A DNA stretch of 64,000 nucleotides, from assembly GCF_044704955.1 (NCBI RefSeq), contig NC_091982.1, forward strand, positions 103,788,001 through 103,852,000, in the 5' to 3' direction. The notes under the pieces were generated by a model, which was given only the letters and a program-made list of their open reading frames with translations, was not told where the DNA came from and did no database searches. The DNA comes from Pristiophorus japonicus. Taxonomy: Eukaryota. Shown here piece by piece: positions 39,085 to 51,864 of the stretch (position 1 is its first letter; every line of letters starts with the position of its first letter). A program made the position numbers and the translations under genes.

Positions 39085-41304
39085 GTATGCAACTGATGTT
39101 GAATATAAATGGAAAGGTTTTAAGAACAAGATTAACAATGTGGAAAAGAAACGTACCCAAAATGAAAAGGAAATGTGGTAAGAAAAAGCCAAAGTGGCTG
39201 ACTGGCTATGTACTAAGACAAATAAGACGTAAACAGAAATGTTTCTATAAATTAATATTTAATACTCAAATAAACAGGGTTGAATACAAGGAAGTAAAAA
39301 AAACAAAAGCTGATCACATCAGCAAAAAGGCTAATGGAAAAGAGGATTGTAGACAACTGTGGCAGTAATGGGAAGAGCTTTTTTAGTTATGTGAAGAGTC
39401 AGAGAACTATCAAAGACTCTATTGGGCCACTGAAGGGTGTTCAAGGACAGGTTACAAAGGACTCACTAAGTATAGTGGAAATATTAAATGAGTACTTTGC
39501 ATCAGTCTTCACCCTTGAAGATGTTGCTCGAACATTAGAATTTAATAATACTAGTTTTGTTAGTAACATTAACATAGATAAACATTGTTTTAGAAAGAAT
39601 TAAGAACTTGAAAATAGAGTAGCAGGGCCGGATGATATCCACCCGAGGGTCCTCCAGGAGATGGGGCATGTGCTGTGAGAGCCCCGGCCTGTATTTTTAA
39701 TAGCTCACTGCACTCTGAAATGGTTCCTACTGATCGGAATGAAGCTAATGTAGTCCCCATTTTTGAAAACGGTGACAAGACAGACCCAGGCCCATCAGTT
39801 TAACATCAGTAATAGGTAAGATGCTTGAAGGGATCATAAGGGATGCAATATATGAACACTTGGATAGGGAGGGACATATTAGAGACACCCAACATAGCTT
39901 CATAAAAAAATAAGTCACGTCTCACAAATCTAATTGTATTTTTTGAAAAAGTTACAAAGTTGGTGGATGAGGGAAGCCCGGTAAGACATTGTCTACTTAG
40001 ATTTCCAAAAAGCTTTTGACAAGATACTGCATAAAAGGCTTCACTATAAGATCGGAGCCTCTGGTATTAGTGGAAATATACTGAGTTGGATTCAGAACTG
40101 GCTGGCAGAACACAGGCAAAGAGCAGTTATAGATGGGTTTGGATCTGTTTGGACACCAGTCACCAGTGGTGTCCTGCAGGGGTCAGTGTTGGGACTCTTG
40201 CTTTTTATTATTTTTATTAATGATCTGTATTTTGGGGCTGGGTGCACAATTTGCAGATGATACCAAGACCTGAGCGAGTATTAGAACTGTAGAAGATGCT
40301 TGTCTGCTTCAGGCAGATCTTAATGTGTTGGGAGATTGGGCTCAAGACTAGAAAATGATGTATAACTTAGATAAGTCCAGTGTTATACATGTGGGCAGGA
40401 CAAATGCTCAATTCATACACCCTCCAGGGAAAGGCATTAAAGTTGGTGGAGGTAGAAAGAGATGGGCATTCTAATGCACACATCCTTAAAGCTACATGAG
40501 CAGCGATAGCTAGAGTAAATAGGGTGTTGGGGTGTATCCATAGGACAATTGAGTATAAGATGAGGCCTACTGTTTTGTCCTTGTACAAGACCTTAATCAG
40601 GCTGCACTTGGAATACTGTGTCCAATTTTGGTCTTCTCACATGGTGGGTGATATTGAGGCTCTGGAAAAGGTGCAGAAGAGGGCCACTAGACTAATTCCA
40701 AGTCTCAAGTATCTTAGTTATCAAGATGGGCTAAAAGAGTTGGGACTCTACTTTAGAGCAGCGTAGACTTAGGGAGATCTGATTGAGGTTTATAAGATAA
40801 TGAAGGGAATAGACGGTGTTCCAGCTGACAATCTATTTAATTGAAATAAATTAGGCAAGACCAGCAGTCACAAATTTAAGTTGTAAAGGGCTAGATCTAG
40901 GTTCGACATCAGGAGGTGGTTCTTTTCAGAGATAATAGTAGACCTTTGGAACATGCTGCCTTTCATGTGGTGGATGCAGACTCGCTGAATTCGTTCAAGT
41001 GAAAGCTGGATTTGTTTCTGGCTGCAGCAGAGACCACCTCTTACAGAAGGTAGGTACTGCAGGGAATTCAGGGCCAGAATGATCTCCTGGATTAGTTTTG
41101 ATCATCGAGATGTGTCGGAGAGGAATTTCCCAGATTTTTTTCCCCCCAAATTGGCCTGGGCTTTTTAAAATCTGTTTTTTTGCCTCTCATTGGAGATCGC
41201 ATGGTTTCGGGTGGGGTGTATAAGTTGTGATACACAAAGTATCTCAATTGTGTGGGACAGGCTCGATAAACCAGATGGTCTTTACCTGTCCGCCATTGTT
41301 CGTA
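39085..41304 (+). mobile_element. Divergent CR1 family copy with longer 3' UTR
   Basis: KPKWLT, SFFSYVK, LNEYFASVFT, YLDFQKAFD, RLHLEYCVQFWS; 3' end differs from the other CR1 copies. Confidence 0.85.
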
Positions 41305-41414
41305 GGAACAGAGGATACCCCAGGTGGGGCAAAACTGAAACTGGAACCGGAACGGTGAATCGAACCTGTGTAGGGGCTTGGAGGTTGCTCCTCCCCTTCA
41401 AAAGAAATGGACTC

Positions 41415-42368
41415 TGTGAAAGTTTCCATTTCGGATTACCCCCACTAACATGAACTAAATGAAATAAGTATCATTAGTTATAGGTTCAAGTTTGTATTAT
41501 GTAACTGCTACATAAGGTACAGAGATTCTTGAATATTTTTTTTTTAAATTAGTGTAGTATACCCTGTGTAGAATCACTTAGATTTAAAATGAAAGAATAA
41601 AATGGAAGAAACCAAGGCGCTCGGCCTTGCTTGGCCAAATTAAAGATGCTTTCCTAGCTGAACAAAACAGGCAACAACACTAGAGAAATTAATAAAATTC
41701 CAGGGACTGAGATAAGAGGCAATGGGACTATAAGATCATGGAATGTTATGATATCTGCAGTGAATTAAAAACATAGGCCCCTCATGGAAACAACATGGAC
41801 ATTATGGAGACCTGTTCTGTTTGTATTGCCACAGCTATCCCAGATATGAGTCTTGATGGTCAAAAACAGATGTCAGGGCGTCACAAAATTAGAATCTGTA
41901 TAAAACCAAGGTGCTGCGGATATGGCATCTTTAGCATTGGATTTTGGGTTTGGGGTGTATGCCAGTGATTGGTTCAGAAGGATTCCACAGGTTTTGAATG
42001 GGATTAAGGGTACAAGAAGGGGTCTCTCAGACACTTAGGTTGTAGAGGCATTCGGCAGAATAGAGCTTGGGAATATCCACCAGACGAACAGAGGAGGGAT
42101 TTGGGTTAGCGGAGGACCCACACATCACACCAGGAGGATGAGGGAGCCTAGAGGCCAGGGTCGGCGCGGAGATCTCGACTTCTACCAGGCATAACGGGCA
42201 ATATAAATCTTGATTGCATCTTGTTTAACTAGTGCTCCGATGCTACAATGTATCACGTCTCGCTTACACTGAATAAACTGCAATTACCGTCAACAATATG
42301 GGTCAAGTCGAATCCTTTGGATCTTAGGAGTGAAAGGGTTAATTGGCAACAACCCAGAAACTCTAACA
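41415..42368 (+). mobile_element. Putative LTR downstream of the env-like remnant
   Basis: Purine-rich tract before TGTGA, TATAAAA at 41899, AATAAA at 42272, ends TAACA. No partner LTR seen. Confidence 0.35.
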
Positions 42369-42664
42369 CACTGTTACTGGTTATTATTAAATATACTTCG
42401 TTCCAAATACATGGTTGTGTTTGAAGCTTTGTCTGGAGGAAGCTGAAGACTGATGCTCACACAGGTCTTCACAGCAAGTCCACCACAATGACCTAGCTGT
42501 CTACCAACTGAGGTTAAAAGGCAACTGATAAATTGTCTGGAGGTGCATTCGTGCACCTCCCAGCCACTCGCTGAGAAGGATTTACCTGCGAGGAAATCAC
42601 CTACTTACAATCTCAGCTCGGGCACAGAAAGGTAGAGCCGTGACTTTTTTTAAAAACTGCTTAC

Positions 42665-42788
42665 CTTAAAACTCTGGATGGTAGTTGACTTGCCTGCCTC
42701 TCTCAATGTCTTATTTACCCAAGTGACAATGATATCATCGTTGGCTTTCTGACCATCACCCAGATCTTCAAGAACATTCAGTGTATAC
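42665..42788 (-). CDS. PLS3: Plastin-3 coding exon (124 nt)
   Basis: aatag|...|gtaagc boundaries. Encodes [41 protein letters not shown]; [16 protein letters not shown] is characteristic of PLS3 rather than LCP1 or PLS1. Confidence 0.95.
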
Positions 42789-43013
42789 CTATTAATACAC
42801 AATTGTAATTTTAGGACAAATGTGAAAATAGTTAACACTTGACTTAAATGCCGAGACATCCCAACTGACCTTGTAATAACCCATTTGTTTTAAATCAGTT
42901 GTATTGAAGCAATACCTACTTGAAAATCTAGGCGATAATGTATTTAAATGCAAGGTCGCAATGATGCCACCCATATCTTGCTCATACATCAACAAATCGC
43001 AGTGAAATACAAT

Positions 43014-43693
43014 GGCCCGGAAATTCCGATGTCCTGGGTCCATACGAAGTTTCTACGGACCCTGGAGGGCATCAGAAAAGCTGGGTTTCAGTGCGCAATG
43101 CGCATGCAGGGCAAGATTTCCGGTATTTATGAATATCTTGCCCTGCAAATGTCCTTTAAAATCTTGCGCCTGTATAGTTTTACAGGCGCAAGTGTTTAAA
43201 AATACACAGACATTTTAAAATAAAGTTATAGAAACACATTTTATTTTTAAAAGCCCGCCCCACTACGGTAAGTTTATTTTAAGGCTTAATTAAAAATAAC
43301 TTACAAAAAAAATATTTTCCTGACTTTTTTTTTTAAAAAGAACTTTAATTTAAATGAATGTTAACTATGTAATTTCTTTTCTTTTTTTAAATTATGTTTT
43401 GGGTGTTTTGGGGCGGGGTTCTCATTCATAGTAATAGGAGTTCCCGACATACAGAACTCATTATTATTATTATTATTATTATTATGAGTGAGAATTTATA
43501 CTACACCTGATTGGCTGCTGTCTCCAGACCCCGGCCTGCGCACGTCCCCACGTGCACGCGCTGCGACGCGCAGTCACCAGAGGCCTCAGGCTCAGAAGTT
43601 CCAACAGGCACAGCAGCAACAGATAAGTGCGCATCTTTTTTCCCTATTTCACTCGTTTACCCGCGGGAAGACCTCAATTGGAATTTCAGGCCC
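43014..43693. mobile_element. Harbinger-type MITE in PLS3 intron
   Basis: TIR GGCCCGGAAATTCC versus GGGCCTGAAATTCC; the flanks (AAT, GTT) do not match as a TSD. Confidence 0.7.
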
Positions 43694-43743
43694 GTTTTAT
43701 TATTGAACAGTCTTTTAGCAGAATTTTGTAACAGTGCTAGTAC

Positions 43744-43877
43744 CTTCTCATCAATTGCCAGACCAAGGCTAGAGTTAATGTTGAGATTCCATCATTCAGA
43801 TCCTTCCCATCAATGCCCACAAGAGAAAACTTTGCTCGATTCCTTCCCAAGTCAACTGCATAATTGCAGTTTTCCAG
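43744..43877 (-). CDS. PLS3: Plastin-3 coding exon (134 nt)
   Basis: tttag|...|gtacta boundaries after a 90-nt intron. Encodes [44 protein letters not shown](R). Confidence 0.95.
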
Positions 43878-43967
43878 CTAAATAAATAAAACATGTTTTT
43901 AGAATAATAAAGCCAGTTAAATTCTGCTAAGTGTCCTTCTACGCCTTTAGGGTAGGAACCAACCTAC

Positions 43968-44082
43968 CTTTTTCATGTTGGCACCTAGTTTGGGATATGG
44001 CGGCTTGTTCACTTTATTCCAGTCAACTGAGACCTTGATTTTTTCGTACAGCTGCAATATCACGAGAGCGTCTACTAAGTCA
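43968..44082 (-). CDS. PLS3: Plastin-3 coding exon (115 nt)
   Basis: ttacag|...|gtaggt boundaries. Encodes (S)[38 protein letters not shown]. Confidence 0.95.
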
Positions 44083-45948
44083 CTGTAAGAGGAACAAAAT
44101 TCTTAATATTTCAAAAAAGCCTAAAAGACAAACAGAGCTGTAGCCGTCTTCCTAGAATCTGCGTTAAATGTTCCGATTCAACCAAATCTGTTACCCAATC
44201 TCAGAGGAATCACAATTTAACACTAAATATTCCAGATTTTTGTGTTGAAACAGATTTCCGATTAACAGTCCTGCAGAAAGGTTCAACAACAACTTGTATT
44301 TATACAGCGCCTTTATTATTAGCATTTATAGATAGATTTGATATTAAAGAAAAGGTTTTGGTTTCAAATCTGCCCTAATTGAGCTTCCCATATAAAGTGT
44401 GTTGCATATTCACTGTAAAGGCACTAATATACAAATACTAGTTTGAAGCTGGCATTTGTTTAGAGTGCCATGAAGTCAGCAGAGTGGAACTATCACTTTT
44501 TTGGCCAGTTGTCAAACAACAGCACGCCACATATGCATGACCAGAGCTTTACTCAGCCATACCGGAAGGCAGGTTAAAAGGGCGATGAGACAATCAGCTA
44601 TTATAAAGCTGAGAAATTAAGCTCAATAAAAAGGGTCCCACGTGATCTGGTGGGATCTTTGTAAAAAAGTTGCTATGTAACAGTTGCAGTTACACTACAG
44701 CCAGTCCAAAGTTGCAGCAACACGAGACCATCTCTGAAATAGCTTAATATTTGCTTAGCTTAGTTCAAATTGGGAGACTTGATTTCTGAGCCACCTATTT
44801 TCAGGAGACCCAAGGCCTAAACTACACTACCCATCATACATTAACACAAAGATTCCAGCTTTGCATCAGCACAAAATTGGCCAGCACAACTGGCCTACTA
44901 ATGGGAGTGAACACATCATATTGAACCTTAGGCAAGATTGCCGTGGCTTTCCCAATGTTAGTTTTTGAAATGCACCTTGAATTAATGTTCATGCCTCATG
45001 CAGTCTAATCACAGATTAATCCAGGTGTTACTGTGTTAGGAAACATCATTTCTAAAAGGACAGAGATGCAAAGTAGGGTCGCAGGGTAATGTGACACTTT
45101 TTTTTTTAAAAAGCGACTCCAAAACACAAGAGCATAGTTTTCCTTCATTGCAGTATATGTTTCAACTTGTCTACTGCCATGCCAAAAACAAATTCCTGAA
45201 AATTAAGGTCTGCCTGTCATATAGCAGGTGCCACACATTGTTACATAAGCAAATTTTTATCACATTTCTTTAAGTAAAAATAAAAAGTCCCTGTTGTTTT
45301 TTTCTGACCTTGGGGAGAAGCTGAGCACCTGCTGATCCACAGACATACTTCCCCAGTGCATGAGATTACCCTCAAATTGACCTCCGAGACTAATTGCTTC
45401 TGGGCTGATCTAAGTGTCCTCTAATGAGAAGCAATCCCCAGGAAGGGTTGGCAGCAGAAGACTCCGGAACTGGCCAGCAGCAGCACAGAATTTTTTTGCT
45501 CCTCCTGGCCCCACCAAAAAAAAGTTGTTTCTTTCCTGGACTGTTTTCTGAGTGGCCTCTAAAGTCCCTCAAGGACGGCTGATTAGGCCGCTCACCATCC
45601 AGTTGAGCAGAGCATCCGTGGCAGTTGCTCCGCCTATTTGTACCTGCAACCCTGTACCTGTGTACATCACGGGATCCCAATTTACATAACTTAACAAGGC
45701 TCCCACCTGATTCAGATGGACTTCTGGCCCAGTTCGAAAAGGCCCTGGGAAAAACATGCAGGATCAGAGCAGGAATGGGGAGGTTCGTCCATCACTCCGA
45801 TTTGAGGGCCATTGTTCCTGTTTGGCGGACAGTTAAAATTGGTCCCAATCACTCCATATTAACACTTGTAATTGGTAGTTGAACCCAGTTGTTAAACCAA
45901 AACTGTATTAATCATCTCTTTCATTTCAGGTGAAAATATTTCCTCTTA

Positions 45949-46053
<105 letters not shown>

Positions 46054-46825
46054 TTAGCGAAAGAAAACTGTTGGAGAAATTAATTATTTCCATTTGAGCA
46101 AAACTTATTACATAAAGGTAACATTTGCAACCCCGCTCCCCAACACCATTAGAGGAAATTTTAATGAAAATGCATGCTTGAAAAATTACAATGGAACCCT
46201 CAAGTTTCTTACTATCATAGTAGACCTCCTGTGGCATTGTTCACAGGTAGTCTGGAAGCGCAGTTATCTGGTAAAGTGGAATTATCCCTTTAAGGCTGCT
46301 TCTCATGCACTTGCTGTGTAGAAATGACCTAAATGAGTAATTGCAGGTCATGGTAGCTACATCTTGAAGTCTTGTGGCCAAATAGAGGGTACTGGTCTAT
46401 TTCTGGCTCTTGGTCAGAATGACCCAGCAAGAAATGTCTGGCTTTTCCTTTTCATTTTAAAATGGAAAAAAGTGTTTTGCATTTGTAACTTGGTTGAACA
46501 TGTTGCGGAATATTGGGTGCACAACAAATGCAAAGTTCGTAGATAAATAGATAACTTAAGACAAGAACAAATTCCGAACATGTCCACTGCTCAATTTCCC
46601 TTCCTCCTACATATTATGCACCGACACCTGATTTTTCAACTTTCGACACACACTCAGACCATTGACAATTCTGCACAACCTAGCGATAAAGTTTTATTTT
46701 TCTTTCTGGGATGTGGGTGAGGCTTAGAAGACTCAATTTTATTGCCCAACCCCAGATGTTCGGCAAATATAGTTGTGGGCCTTCTACTTGAACCACTGTA
46801 ATCCTTGGGGAGAGTCAGCAACAAT

Positions 46826-49624
46826 GGGGCCAAGTTTCGGCCTGAGTTGCTCCTGTTTTTTTGGAGCAACTGGTTTAGAATGGAGTATCTTAGAAATTGC
46901 AATTCTCGGCATTTAATTTGCTCCAGTTCTAGTCAGTTACAGTGGAAATGGCTGAGATCTTAAACAATTATTTTGCTTCGGTCTTCACAGTGGAAGACAC
47001 AAAACCATGCCAAAAATTGTTGGTCACGGGAATGTGGGAAGGGAGGTCCTTGAGATAATCACTATCACTGGGGGGCAGGGGGGGGGGGGGGGTAGTGCTG
47101 GACAGGCTAATGGGACTCAAGGTAGACAAGTCCCCTGGTCCTGATGAAATGCATCCCAGGGTATTAAAAGAGATGGCGGATGTTATAGCAGATGCATTCA
47201 TTATAATCTACCAAAATTCTCTGGACTCTGGGGAGATACCAGTGGATTGGAAAGCAGCAAATGTAACTCCTCTGTTTAAAAAAGGGGGCAGACAAAAGGC
47301 AGGTAACTATAGGCCAGTTAGTTTAACATCTGTGGTGGGGAAAATGCTTGAAGCTATCATTAAGGAAGAAATAGCGGGACATCTGGATAGGAATAGTGCA
47401 ATCAAGCAGACGCAACATGGATACATGAAGGGGAAATCATGTTTAAGTAATTTACTGGAATTCTTTGAGGATATAACGAGCATGGTGGATAGAGGTGTAC
47501 CGATGGATGTGGTGTATTTAGATTTCCAAAAGGCATTCGATAAGGTGCCACACAAAAGCTTACTGCAGAAGATAAAGGTACTCGGAGTCAGAGGAAATGT
47601 ATTAGCATGGATAGAGAATTGGCTAGCTAACAGAAAGCAGAGAGTTGGGATACATGGGTCCTTTTCGGGTTGGAAATCGGTGGTTAGTGGTGTGCCACAG
47701 GGATCGGTGCTGGGACCACAACTGTTTACAATATACATAGATGACCTGGAAGAGGGGACAGAGTGTAGTGTAACAAAATTTGCAGATGACACAAAGATTA
47801 GGGGGAAAGCGGGTTGTGTAGAGGACACAGAGAGGCTACAAAGAGATTTAGATAGGTTAAGCGAATGGGCTAAGGTTTGGCAGATGGAATACAATGTCGG
47901 AAAATGTGAGGTCATCCACCTTGGGGGAAAAAAAAAAACATTAAAAGGGAATATTATTTGAATGGAGAGAAATTACGACATGCTGCGGTGCAGAGGGACC
48001 TGGGGGTCCTTGTGCATGAATCCCCAAAAAAGTTAGTTTGCAGGTGCAGCAGGTAATCAGGAAGGCGAATGGAATGTTGGCCTTCATTGCGAGAGGGATA
48101 GAGTACAAAAGCAGGGAGGTCCTTCTGCAACTGTAAAGGGTATTGGTGAGGTCGCACCTGGAGTACTGCGTGCAGTTTTGGTCTCCTTTCTTAAGGAAGG
48201 ATATACTAGCTTTGGAGGGGGTACAGAGACGATTCACTAGGCTGATTCCGGAGATGAGGGAGTTACCTTATGATGATAGATTGAGCAGACTGGGTCTTTA
48301 CTCATTGGGAGTTTAGAAGGATGAGGGGTGATCTTATAGAAACATTTAAAATAATGAAAGGGATAGACAAGATCGAGGCAGAGAGGTTGTTTCCACTGGT
48401 CGGGGGGACTAGAACTAGGGGGCACAGCCTCAAAATATGGGGGAGCCAATTTAAAAGAGAGTCGAGAAGGAATTTCTTCTCCCAGAGGGTTGTGAATCTG
48501 TGGAATTCTCTGCCCAAGAAAGCAGTTGAGGCTAGCTCGTTGAATGTATTCAAATCACAGATAGATTTTTAACCAATAAGGGAATTAAGGGTTACGGGGA
48601 GCGGGCGGGCAAGTGGAGCTGAGTCCACGGCCAGATCAGCCATGATCTTGTTGAATGGCGGAGCAGGGTCGAGGGGCTAGATGGCCTACTCCTGTTCCTA
48701 ATTCTTATGTTCAGTTTGGAACAGATTTTTTTTCCCAAAAGGGGGCGTGTCCAGCCACTTACACCCGTTTTAAAAGTTTAGGCAGTGAAAACATACTCCA
48801 AACTAACTTAGAATGGAGTAAGTGTAGATTTTTGTACGCTCAGGCGTAGGTTACAAATCAGGCACTGGGAATGGGGGGGGGGGGGGAGGGGAGGTTTAAA
48901 AGGGAAGTTTACAAACATTAAACACTTCAGTTTTACAAATAAAGAGCCATCATCAATAATAAATGATAAATACATCAATAAATCAATCAAAAAAAATTAA
49001 TAAAAAATACAAAAAATGTTATCAATAAATAAAACATGTTCTACTTACCGACTGCAGAACTGGGAGTCCTCCAACAGCGTGCTGGGACGGCCCCCCCCAG
49101 TGTGTCTCTGTCAGTGTCTGTGTTTCTGACAGCGAGGGGAGGAGGAGGAGGGGGGAGGGAGAAGGGGGAAGAGGCGGGAGGGAGAGAAGGAGGCTGAACA
49201 GCCGGGCCCAAGACTTGGGGCTGGATCTACAGGTAGGTGGAGTCGGGTCTTGGGTCCCGGGGGCGGGAGCGGAGGTCGGGTCGCCGGGGCGGGGTGGGGA
49301 GAGCGCGGGTCGGGTGGGAGCTGAGCCTTATCCACGCAGCCCCAGTGAGGCCATTCGGCCAGGGCTAGGGGCTGCATGCTTCGGGCCCCTCCCACAGTTT
49401 TGGGCGCCTGGAGCTACTGCACATGCACGCCCACTGTAGCGCGTATGTGCAGAGGTCCCAGCAGTTTTCAGCGTAGGGACCTAGCTCCGCCCCCCCACAG
49501 CTTATGCTGCGCCGCACCCAGCTTCAGAGGACCTGCAGGGAGCTGGAGAATAGGTAAGTTTTTTTTAGGCGCACTTTGTGGCGCGAAAACGGATGTCCAA
49601 CGGCGCAGCCCGAAACTTGGGCCC
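46826..49624. mobile_element. Harbinger-type MITE related to 2829-3968, split by a young CR1
   Basis: TIR GGGSCCAAGTTTCGG, TSD AAT on both sides; left arm matches 2829-2940 and resumes at ~48712. Confidence 0.88.
46942..48711 (+). mobile_element. Young CR1 RT-to-tail copy, same subfamily as copy C
   Basis: 288-aa ORF 47095..47961 is nearly identical to the RT part of ORF 6256..8442; tail aattcttatgtt. Confidence 0.93.
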
Positions 49625-50886
49625 AATGAAGGGGCAGCAATATAAAAGAGTACGTGATTTGGAGATGATGGCTTTCCCAGGACATTGCCGTTTGTCCGAC
49701 TCAGTGGCAACGGTCACAAAGTCACAAGGTAAAGTTAACAAGTTGCTGCAGTACATCCTCTAAAGCAGGGGTTCCCAAACTGTGGTACACGAGACATCTC
49801 TGGGGGTACGTGGGAGAAATTGTCCAACGGTGGATTTTAATTATTATATTTATTGTATTTTTATATTAGGCTACTCAGGCAAAGTTTTAAAACTCTGTGG
49901 GAATTTATTTTATAAAGTAGTTAATTTACTTCAAGATGTATCAATCAGAATACAGATGCAGAGAGACTATGATGTACAGCGCCCTCACCTCCAATCATCG
50001 TACACTACAGCGTGGTTTCAGTTACCCAGTAAATGTCCAGTGTAAAGCCTGTATGCTGGTAGATCTGGAAGGGGGTACACAATAAGCAAAGTTTGGGAAC
50101 ATCTGCTCTAGATAGTATACGCTGCAACTCCAGTATACTGGTAGTGAAGGAAGTTGATACTGAGCCCAACAGCAGGTGCCAATTAAACAGTTCTTTCTTT
50201 GGTGGTGCCAAAGTTAAGTGTTGCATGTGCACCCATCCCTTAGTCTTATAGATGGTAGAAAGGCTTTAAGGGGTCAGGTGGTGAGCCACTTATAATAGAC
50301 TACCTAGTCTATTTGGTGTTTTATGGTCAGTGTTGATGTGGATGGTCCAGTTAAGCTTCTGGTCAATGTTGACCTCCAATTCATTGATGGTTAAAGGTCA
50401 GCAGTTGGGCTTTGTTCCTGTTGGAGATGATGCATGCCTGGCACTTGTTACCTGTCATTTCTCAATCCAAGCCTAGATGTTGTTCTGGTCCTGTTATTGG
50501 CTAGAATGGGTTGCTTCATTAACAGAGAAGCTATGAGTAGCACTGAATGCTGTCAAATTGTGAGCAAACAGCCCCACTCCTGGCCTTATGATGGCGTGAA
50601 ATTTACCAATGAAGCATCTGAAGATGCTTGGGCTCCGGGCACTAACCGAAGGAACTCTTCCAGCTGGGGCTGCAATAACTGGTCTCTGACAACACCACCA
50701 TTTTCCTTTGCATCAGTTATGACCCCAGCCATTGACCTTGGTTTTACGAGGGCACTTTGGTGCCATATTCAGTTGAATATTGCCTTGATGTCAAGGACAA
50801 TCAATTTCACCTCCAGCTCTGGCTTTCAGTTCCTGGGTGTAATGTATGCACCTGTGAATATGCTCGCAGATTTGTAGAGCTGTTGC

Positions 50887-51114
50887 TCATCACGCCCAGC
50901 AACCAAATTTTAATTTGATTTTAATGTCTAAAGTTTAATTTGCTTAAGTTGTCGGTTTTAGTGCCACCCCCCGCCCCCCCGCCTTTTAGCCAGGGGGCAC
51001 TTGTATAATGTGTGTTTTTGTGCCCCAAAAAAAAAAACAAGGGGGCACTTGAAAAGTTTTTGGAGTATGCCCCCCCTTTAATCTTGATTATTAGTTTAGT
51101 TTACAACAAAATAG
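50887..51114 (+). mobile_element. Tx1-clade 3' fragment A in the 5' LTR
   Basis: Starts tcatcacgcccagcaaccaaattttaatttga (matches ~6030-6060), ends AAAATAG, flanked by TTGTAGAGCTGTTGC on both sides. Confidence 0.8.
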
Positions 51115-51129
51115 TTGTAGAGCTGTTGC

Positions 51130-51864
51130 CCCTTTCCATTCTAAGTGGAAGGGATTCCTGTATTGGCTGCTCTCGCACACCCTCCATTTTGCCATCCTCA
51201 TTTGCCATTCGAACACGCCATGGCGCAGCACCTTACCATCCAGAGGAGGCGGGGGTCCCCAATGAAGGGCTCTCTATGCGGGAGACCTCCTTTTATCTAT
51301 TGGCACCTTGGCCTGGAGGGTGTTGCACACGGCAGTTCCGTGCAATAAGTTTTTAAAAATCAGTTCACAGACCCCCAGGCCGCCTGCAATTTCTGCGGTC
51401 TGGAGGCGTCCGTGTTCCATGTTTTTAAATACAGTGTTTGACATTACAGCCCCTCTTCCATTATTTGAAGGGGCTGCTCCTCGATTTTTGGCTGCACATC
51501 AGTCCCACACTCCTGATCTTTGGGCACCCGGTGCAGAGAAGCGGGCAGGTCGGAGGGCCTCCTCATGCGACTGCTCCTGGCCAAGGTGGCCATTAACAGG
51601 TCCAGGAAGTTGAGGGGGTCGTTCAGCCCGACTGGCTGCCTCTCTTCCACAGCTACGTTCGCGCCTGGGTGTCCCTAAAGATGGAGCGCGTGGTGTCGAC
51701 TCGTACGCTCGAGGCGTTCTGTGGGCACCGGAGGGACTGGAGTGCATCATTACAACAGAGAACAGGATTTTAATTTGATTTATTAAGGTTCCCTTGAACA
51801 TTTATTTGTTAATTTGCAGGTTCTAGTCATTGTGCACTTGGCTTAAAGTTATAATTTAAAAGAG
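51130..51864 (+). mobile_element. Tx1-clade 3' fragment B in the 5' LTR
   Basis: LAWRVLHTAVPCN, zinc knuckle ACNFCGLEASVFHVF and ORF2 C-terminus; ends AAAAGAG; same 15-bp direct repeat on both sides. Confidence 0.82.

Noticed and set aside
49040-49620. GC-rich CpG-island-like stretch as a promoter (also 32335-33073)
   Set aside because: Both lie inside TIR-bounded MITEs.
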